Sequence record: NZ_CP017041.1 | From: a plasmid | Strand: one strand, 5' to 3' | Length of the DNA: 64,000 bases | Part shown: piece after piece, positions 58,154-64,000 of the stretch | How the letters are laid out: every line of letters starts with the position of its first letter | Position numbering within the stretch: the stretch's first letter is position 1 | Made by a program: the position numbers and the translations under genes | Notes under the pieces: generated by a model | Database searches by the model: none | Told to the model about the DNA's origin: nothing | What the model saw: only the letters and a program-made list of their open reading frames with translations

Positions 58154-58756
58154 TCAGAGTCCGAAGGCTCCGCCGCTGACGAGGATCACGATGCCGAGGC
58201 CGATGAGAACGATGGGGAAGAGGATGTGCTCCCAGCGTTCGAGCACTTCGGCGATCGGGGGGCGGGTGGCGACGAACTTTGCTAGGGCCACCAGGACCGC
58301 GACGAGCGCGAGGAAGATGATGCAGTAGGCGACTACTGCGAGAGGTTCCACGCTGAGGAAGACAGGGGTGTAGACGCCGATGTTGTCGCCGCCGTTGGCA
58401 AGGGTGACGCCTGCGACTGTCCACACGCCGACCTTCTTGCCGGCAACCTTGACCTCGTCGTCATCGTCGTCATCGTCTCCGCGCCAGGCCTGCCATGCGG
58501 CCCAGAGGCCGAGGCCCAGAGGGATGAGACCGAAGTACGGGATGGCTGCCGAGGGCAGGAATGCTCCGGCACCGGTAGTCACCAGGACCGCGGCACCGAG
58601 GATGCCGGCGAATCCGAGGTACTGGCCGGCCAGAATGCGGGCGGTAGTGCCGCGCTGGCCTGCCCCTCGCGCGAAGAAGAGGGAGAGCACGACGATGTCG
58701 TCGATGTTGGTCGCTGCGAACAGGCCCATCGCCTGCAAGACCGAGGTGAGTATCAT
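58154..58756 (-). CDS. cadD: CadD-family cadmium resistance transporter
   Basis: MILTSVLQAMGLFAATNIDDIVVLSLFF... 5-TM pattern of PF03596, acidic loop DDDDDDDE. Confidence 0.7.
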   Translation of the reverse strand: MILTSVLQAMGLFAATNIDDIVVLSLFFARGAGQRGTTARILAGQYLGFAGILGAAVLVTTGAGAFLPSAAIPYFGLIPLGLGLWAAWQAWRGDDDDDDDEVKVAGKKVGVWTVAGVTLANGGDNIGVYTPVFLSVEPLAVVAYCIIFLALVAVLVALAKFVATRPPIAEVLERWEHILFPIVLIGLGIVILVSGGAFGL

Positions 58757-59112
58757 GCGCCCTCCCCAGCTGCGTCGCATCCGGGAAGCGAGCAGGCGGG
58801 ATCGATGCACGGGGCGTCTTCGTCCACTGCCAGGGTGGCATCGACCAGTGCCGTCAGCGCCTGCGCCAGGTGCGAATCGGCGATCTCATATCGTGTCCGA
58901 CGACCCTCGGGCTCGGAGACGACGATCCCGCAATCGCGCAGGCATGCCAGGTGGTTGGACACGTTCGGGCGTGTCAGGTCCAGATCTCGGGCCAGTTCCG
59001 CCGGGTAAGCGGGATGGTCGAGCAGGGTCAAGGTGATCCGGGATCGAGTGGGGTCGGCCAGTGCACGACCCAGGCGGTTCATCACGTCGAGACGCGAAGC
59101 AATAGTCAGCAT
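58753..59112 (-). CDS. ArsR-family regulator (CadX/CadC-like)
   Basis: HTH ALADPTRSRITLTLL. Cys pairs at C-terminus. Confidence 0.7.
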   Translation of the reverse strand: MLTIASRLDVMNRLGRALADPTRSRITLTLLDHPAYPAELARDLDLTRPNVSNHLACLRDCGIVVSEPEGRRTRYEIADSHLAQALTALVDATLAVDEDAPCIDPACSLPGCDAAGEGA

Positions 59113-59304
59113 GGACTGAACTATACAGCGCGCACTGAACACTCGGTCACAGGCGTCAGCCCAGATCGCATGCCCGTAAGGGGATCCTCCACCGTACGTC
59201 GAGCGAGCTTCCTCCTCGACGACTCTTTACGAGGGATTGCCATGTACGGAAGACCCGTACGGTGATATGGGCGGTGAGGGGAGGGCAACTGCAACAATGG
59301 GCAC

Positions 59305-59877
59305 ATGCATGTCGGCTACGCGCGCGTCTCGACTCTCGAGCAAGACCTCTCCGCCCAACGGGAAGCGCTCGAGCGCCTCGGAGTCGAGAGCAAGAACATC
59401 TACTTCGACCACGGCCTGACCGGAACTACCCGCGCCCGGCCCGGGCTGCGCGAAGCGCTGGCCGCGACCCGGGAGGGCGACACCCTGGTGGTGACCAAGC
59501 TCGACCGGCTAGCCCGCTCCCTCCCGGACGCGAGGGACATCGCCGACGAGCTCACCATCAAGGGAGTCGCGCTCAGCCTCGGCGGCAGCGTCTACGACCC
59601 CAACGACCCCGTGGGCCGGCTGCTCTTCAACGCGCTCGGCATGGTGGCCGAGTTCGAGGCGGACCTCATCCGCCTGCGCACCCGCGAGGGCATGGCCATC
59701 GCCAGATCCAAGGGCAAGCTCAAGGGCAAGAAGCCCAAGCTCTCACCCTCTCAGCGCAAGCACCTCATGACCTTGCATACGGCTGGCGAGCACACCCAGG
59801 CAGAGCTCGCCGAGCTGTTCAACGTCTCCCGCACCACCATCTACCGCGAGCTGCGCCGCACCACGACCACCTCCTGA
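59305..59877 (+). CDS. Serine recombinase (resolvase/invertase family)
   Basis: MHVGYARVSTLEQDLSAQ catalytic Ser region. C-terminal HTH VSRTTIYREL. Confidence 0.8.
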   Translation: MHVGYARVSTLEQDLSAQREALERLGVESKNIYFDHGLTGTTRARPGLREALAATREGDTLVVTKLDRLARSLPDARDIADELTIKGVALSLGGSVYDPNDPVGRLLFNALGMVAEFEADLIRLRTREGMAIARSKGKLKGKKPKLSPSQRKHLMTLHTAGEHTQAELAELFNVSRTTIYRELRRTTTTS

Positions 59878-60061
59878 CCGCCCATGCCCCGCCACTGAGC
59901 GATCACAGAAGCCCGCCACTGAGCCATCAAATCCACATCGACGGAGACCGACACGCCGGACCGAAACCCTGGACCGAAACCTATACGGCCCAAAACTACC
60001 CCTAGACCGTTTTCGGGAAATCGACTAGAATGGACTTAGCACCGAGCGAGAGGAGCACCCC

Positions 60062-60259
60062 GTGGCCACCAAGACAGCAACCACCGCGACGACCGCGGCC
60101 GAGCGCGAGCTGCGCGTGGCCGAGGCGATCCACAGCGGCGAGATGGAGGGCCTGCCGGTGACGGCTGCCGGCCGCCAGGACGCCGCCGAGTACGTCGCCG
60201 GCCGCATCGACTCTGACGAGCTGGTGGCCCGCGCGCACGCACGCTATGGCCTCGACTGA
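60062..60259 (+). CDS. VbhA/FicA-like antitoxin
   Basis: Contains the inhibitory S-x-x-x-E-G motif (HSGEMEGL). Overlaps the fic start. Confidence 0.6.
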   Translation: MATKTATTATTAAERELRVAEAIHSGEMEGLPVTAAGRQDAAEYVAGRIDSDELVARAHARYGLD

Positions 60260-61040
60260 GTTCGTCGACCCGTATCTCGATCCCGAGACGGGTCTGCTGA
60301 GGAACAAGGTCGGCGCACAGACGAAGGTCGCCCTCGATGAAGCCGAGGGCGACCTTTCGTTTGCCCGTTTGGTGCAGCTCATGGATCACCCGGTGAAGCC
60401 GACCGGCGACCTCGACGAGCTGCGCGCGATCCACCGCCATCTGTTCCAGGACGTCTACGACTGGGCGGGGGAGCTGCGCACGGTCGACATTCGCAAGAAC
60501 GTGGAGGGAGCCCAGTTCTTCCTTCCAGTGTCGATGATCGGCCGCGCCGCCGGCTACGCCGAGGGCGAGCTGCGCGCCGACCACGAGCTGCGCGGCATGA
60601 GCCGCGAGCAGTTCATCGACCGCCTGGCGTACCACTACGACCAGTTCAACTACGTGCACCCGTTCCGCGAGGGCAACGGCCGGACGCAACGAGTGTTCTG
60701 GAACCGCGTCGCCCGCGACGCCGGCTGGCAGCTCGACTGGCGCGAGGTGCACGGCGCGACCAACGACCAAGCGAGCCGAGCGGCATCCGAGCAGCAGGAC
60801 TTCGGGCCGCTGCGCGAGATGTTCGATCAGATCGTCAGCAAGGCGACCCCGCAGGGTGAACGAGACGCCGCCTGGCGCGTCGCAGAGCGCGCCCGTCTGT
60901 CGTTCCCCACGAGTGCCACCGAGGCCGTGCGCCGACCCCAGAGCGTCCCGTCGAGCGCACCGCAGGCGCGCACCACCATGCACGTGCCAGGGCAGAGTCA
61001 CCGAGGGCCTGGCAACGACGGACCAGGAGCGAGCCGATGA
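60246..61040 (+). CDS. fic: Fic/Doc-family toxin (class I Fic, VbhT-like)
   Basis: Fic motif HPFREGNGRTQR. Confidence 0.8.
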   Translation: MASTEFVDPYLDPETGLLRNKVGAQTKVALDEAEGDLSFARLVQLMDHPVKPTGDLDELRAIHRHLFQDVYDWAGELRTVDIRKNVEGAQFFLPVSMIGRAAGYAEGELRADHELRGMSREQFIDRLAYHYDQFNYVHPFREGNGRTQRVFWNRVARDAGWQLDWREVHGATNDQASRAASEQQDFGPLREMFDQIVSKATPQGERDAAWRVAERARLSFPTSATEAVRRPQSVPSSAPQARTTMHVPGQSHRGPGNDGPGASR

Positions 61041-61209
61041 ACGATGACTACCGACTGTCACACCGCGCGCCAGGACCCGAGGGGGACGGCACGACGGTTC
61101 GACTCGACCAGGTTGGGGGAGAGTACGACGAGGTGTTTCCGGCCGACGTGGGACAGCACCCAGAGCGCTACGGTGCGCTGCACTCGACGACAGTCGACCA
61201 GGTGCCCGC

Positions 61210-61554
61210 GTGCGGGTCTGGCGCGCTGTCCCCGAAGGTGTGACCGCGATCAGTCCCGGCGATTGGGTGGCACTGTCCGAGAAGTACGCCCGAGCTGAGA
61301 GCCAGATCGAGCACGCCCAGGTCATCACCGCTACGGCCACCGCATCGGAGCTGTGGTCGGAAGGTCTGCTAGAGGAATGGGGATACCAGGGCACGGCACC
61401 GCTACGCGCCGAGCCAGCGGCCGCCGAGCGCCCGCTGAGCCGTGCCAGCTTCCCTCAGAGCGCGCGAGCGGCGGTCGCTTCAACACGGACCGCAGAGGCC
61501 CACACACAGGCCATGACGCGAGCTAACACGATCGGCCCGGAGGTGGGGCGATGA
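61210..61554 (+). CDS. Hypothetical protein
   Basis: ORF overlapping the resolvase start. Confidence 0.2.
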   Translation: MRVWRAVPEGVTAISPGDWVALSEKYARAESQIEHAQVITATATASELWSEGLLEEWGYQGTAPLRAEPAAAERPLSRASFPQSARAAVASTRTAEAHTQAMTRANTIGPEVGR

Positions 61555-62150
61555 CGAGTGTTGTCGGCTATGCGCGGGTGAGCACGCGCGAGCAGAACCC
61601 CGAGGCCCAGGAGGCCGAGCTGCGTGCGGCAGGGGCGACGCGAGTGTTTGTCGATCGTGGCGAGTCGAGCCGCGTCAGGGACCGGCCGCAGTGGATCGCG
61701 TGCCTGGACTATCTGCGCGACGGTGACACGCTCGTGGTGCGCCGGCTGGATCGCATCGCCGGCAGCGAGAAGATGGCCATCGAGACGATCAATGACTTAG
61801 CCGAGCGTGGTGTGAACATCCGGAGTCTGACCGAGCCGGACATCGACACGACAACCCCGATGGGTCGAGCCCTGTTCGGTATCGTTGCCGTGTTTGCTCA
61901 GCTCCGAGTGGACACGATCCGGGAGAACACCCGGCGCGGTTTGGAGCACGCCCGCGCCCAGGGGCGCGTCGGCGGTCGGCCCTCTGTGATGACCCCGAAG
62001 CGCGTCGCCGCTGCTGCGCAGATGCGCGGCGAGGGAAAGACCCTCGCGCACATCGCGGCAGTGCTCGGAGTCGGCAAGTCGACGGTGGCTCGCGCGCTGG
62101 CCAAGCTGGACGAGGAGACCCCGGAGCGGGTCGGAGCTGCGAAGCCCTAA
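61551..62150 (+). CDS. Serine recombinase (resolvase family) with C-terminal HTH
   Basis: VVGYARVSTREQNPEAQ. HTH GVGKSTVARAL. Confidence 0.8.
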   Translation: MTSVVGYARVSTREQNPEAQEAELRAAGATRVFVDRGESSRVRDRPQWIACLDYLRDGDTLVVRRLDRIAGSEKMAIETINDLAERGVNIRSLTEPDIDTTTPMGRALFGIVAVFAQLRVDTIRENTRRGLEHARAQGRVGGRPSVMTPKRVAAAAQMRGEGKTLAHIAAVLGVGKSTVARALAKLDEETPERVGAAKP

Positions 62151-62194
62151 CCGTTCTTCCTCCTTCCCCTGATAAATGCCGCCCTGCACAGGGC

Positions 62195-62260
62195 AGACCC
62201 CCGTCAAGGGCGCGGCGGAGCCGCATCACGTAGTGACGCGAAGCGCCCTTGACGGGGGTC
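62195..62260. repeat. Long inverted repeat (17-bp arms ACCCCCGTCAAGGGCGC / GCGCCCTTGACGGGGGT, 30-nt spacer)
   Basis: Seen directly, between the resolvase gene and IS copy 2. Candidate res site, terminator or transposon end. Confidence 0.4.
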
Positions 62261-62313
62261 TGAGCTGTGTGAGAATCACGGCGTCAGGGGGAGGGGGAAC
62301 CCTGCACCCAACT

Positions 62314-63284
62314 AGGGTGTGTCTCCTATATGTGAGGTGAGGGTCGCGAGATACTGGCGGGGTGAATGAGAAGTCTCGGTTTGAGGCGATGACGGATGAG
62401 CAGTGGGAGCGTGTGGAGCCCCTGTTGCCAACGAACTGTGGGCGTCGGGGTCGCCCGTTCTCGAATAGTCGGATGATCGTCAACGGGATCATCTACCGCT
62501 ACAGGACGGGGATTCCTTGGAGAGACCTGCCTCGTGAGAGGTATGGGCCGTGGCAGACGGTGTGGAAGCGTCACCGCTCCTACGCGAGGCGGGGCGTGTG
62601 GGATTGTGTCCTTTTTCAGGTGGTGGCCCAAGCGGATTCGGCTGGGAAAGTGGATTGGACGGTCAGCATTGACGCCACGATCAACCGTGCCCACCAACAC
62701 GCCACGAACACGACGCGCCCCGACCAGGACACGGGGGGCTTCATCGAACTACAAGAATTCTCCGCTGGGCGAGGATGAGCCTGCAGGTCACGGCATTGGA
62801 CGCTCGCGCGGGGGGGTTGACCACGAAGATCCACCAGGTCGTGGACGGCAACGGGCGTCCCTTGGCCATGGTCGTCACTGGAGGCCAGCGCAACGACGGC
62901 GCGATGATGCAGGACACCTTGAAGGACATCTACGTCCCCAGGCCCACCGGCAGGCCCCGCACCACACCCGACACGGTCATGGCGGACCGGGGCTACACGT
63001 CGGGCGTGAACCGTGAATACCTTCGAGATCACCACGTCAAGGCAGTGATCCCCCAGAAGAAGAACGAGATCGCCTCCCGGAAGAAGAAGGGCTCCAAGGG
63101 AGGCCATCCACCCGCCTTTGACGCAGAGGCATACAAGGGACGAAACGTCGTGGAACGCTCCTTCAACAGCGTCAAACAGTGGCGTGGTCTGGCCACCAGG
63201 TACGACAAGCTTGCCGTCACCTACAGGTCAGCCACAGTCCTACACGCCATCCTCCAATGGCTCCAAATATAGGAGACACGCCCT
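62314..63284 (+). mobile_element. IS5-family (IS427-group) insertion sequence, copy 2 (identical to copy 1, same orientation)
   Basis: Identical ORF translations and identical terminal repeats. orfA 62362..62778, orfB 62775..63272. Confidence 0.8.
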
Positions 63285-63801
63285 GGCTACGGCCTTAGCC
63301 GCTCAGTACCGGGTCGTCTTGCTTGACGCCGACCCGCAAGGATCGGCGACGTCATGGGCTACCGACGCTTTCGAAGCCGGTGACCAGTTGGACTTCGAGG
63401 TCCGCCCGGCTAATGCCCCCATTGTCAGGCGCTGCCGTGACATCGACGCCGACCTCGTCATCATCGACACTCCCCCCGGTGACTCTCAGACGATTACCGC
63501 AGCCCTCGACGTCGCCGATGTGGTCATCATCCCGACCGAGTCGGGGGACCTGGACATGGATCGAGCGCTAATGACCTATCAGGTGGCCCACGGCACGCGC
63601 CGGGCCCTGCTCTTCAACAAAGCCGATCGGACCAGGCAATACCGTGACGCCCACGACGGAGCCGCCGCCGTAGAGGGCCTCGACATTCTCGACGCGGAAG
63701 TTCATCGGCGGGTCGCCTATCGGCAAGCCATCGGAACCCGGCCAACAGATCTAGGAGAATTCGCCCAGGTTGCCGACCAGATCAAGGAGATGCTGAAGTG
63801 A
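63285..63801 (+). pseudogene. parA: 3' portion of the parA gene interrupted at 44429 (ATALAAQYRVVLLDADPQGS...EMLK)
   Basis: Joining 44365..44429 to 63285.. reconstitutes a continuous ParA ORF (...TTTAVYL|ATALAAQ...). Confidence 0.65.
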
Positions 63802-64000
63802 GTAAGAACCACAAGCCCACCGCCGCAGACAAGGCCAGCCGCTACAGCGGCCAGATGGCGGCAAGCCAGGGGGCCAGTGTCTCTGAAACCTTTCAGTCAG
63901 CCAAGACCCCGATCACCGCGTTCAACGTCAAACTGCCTACCGCCACCCACACGGCGCTGAAGATGAAGGCCGTCGCCGACCACACCACCATGAACGACCT
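63798..64000 (+). CDS. ParG-like partition protein (partial, runs off window end)
   Basis: GTG overlapping the parA stop. KLPTATHTALKMKAVADHTTMND RHH-like. Confidence 0.35.
   Translation, partial: MSKNHKPTAADKASRYSGQMAASQGASVSETFQSAKTPITAFNVKLPTATHTALKMKAVADHTTMND

Noticed and set aside
60036-61394. 452-aa minus-strand ORF antisense to fic
   Set aside because: Arg/Pro/Ala-rich artifact. The Fic motif is on the plus strand.
1-64000. tRNA, rRNA or tmRNA genes
   Set aside because: No cloverleaf-like or rRNA-like segments were noticed by eye. A formal scan (tRNAscan/Infernal) was not possible.

Overview
This is a high-GC (about 65-70%) actinobacterial mobile-replicon segment with a Propionibacteriaceae/Corynebacteriales-like plasmid or ICE architecture; that placement is an inference from gene content. 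All calls rest on reading the translated ORFs for family-specific motifs, since no searches could be run. From 5' to 3', the window holds these parts. (1) A large Rep-like gene with an upstream HTH gene, followed by a run of small hypothetical genes and a relic of a tnpB 3' end. (2) A cluster of type II toxin-antitoxin modules: BrnT/BrnA and HicA/HicB. (3) A Gram-positive-type conjugation module: an A24 prepilin-peptidase-like gene, an FtsK/SpoIIIE-like coupling ATPase, a WhiB-like regulator, an NlpC/P60 hydrolase, a polytopic membrane protein, a VirB4-like ATPase, small membrane proteins and a lipoprotein. An intact IS607-family element (serine-recombinase tnpA plus tnpB) sits inside this module. 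(4) A sigma-factor-like gene whose 3' end and downstream AT-rich, CTAG-rich segment is tandemly triplicated (296 bp x3) just upstream of a parA/RHH partition pair. (5) A complete Tad/Flp pilus locus (cpaB, tadZ, tadA, tadB, tadC, flp-like pilin, three tadE-like genes). It is followed by a 1025-aa LysM-LysM-TM-BTAD protein, a lipoprotein, a secreted protein and a membrane J-domain protein. (6) A cassette of a BrnA-like RHH gene plus a NUDIX-LOG fusion gene, bracketed by about 155-bp degenerate direct repeats. (7) A second Rep-like gene carrying intragenic 24-bp iterons, a secreted HNH-like nuclease, an exonuclease gene truncated by a solo IS607-like right-end hairpin, and a second HicAB-like pair. 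(8) Two identical 971-bp IS5-family (IS427-group, orfA/orfB) copies in direct orientation, bracketing about 17.9 kb of cargo. The cargo holds its own frameshifted parA-parG pair, an ssb fragment, IS fragments (ISL3, IS21, recombinase), an ars locus (ACR3, CoADR-like oxidoreductase, arsR, arsD, arsA), cadD with an ArsR-like regulator, two resolvases and a Fic/VbhA-like toxin-antitoxin pair. The whole block interrupts a third parA gene: its 5' 22 codons lie left of IS copy 1 and the remainder lies right of IS copy 2. Many overlapping ORFs in the six-frame track are high-GC artifacts and were not called.
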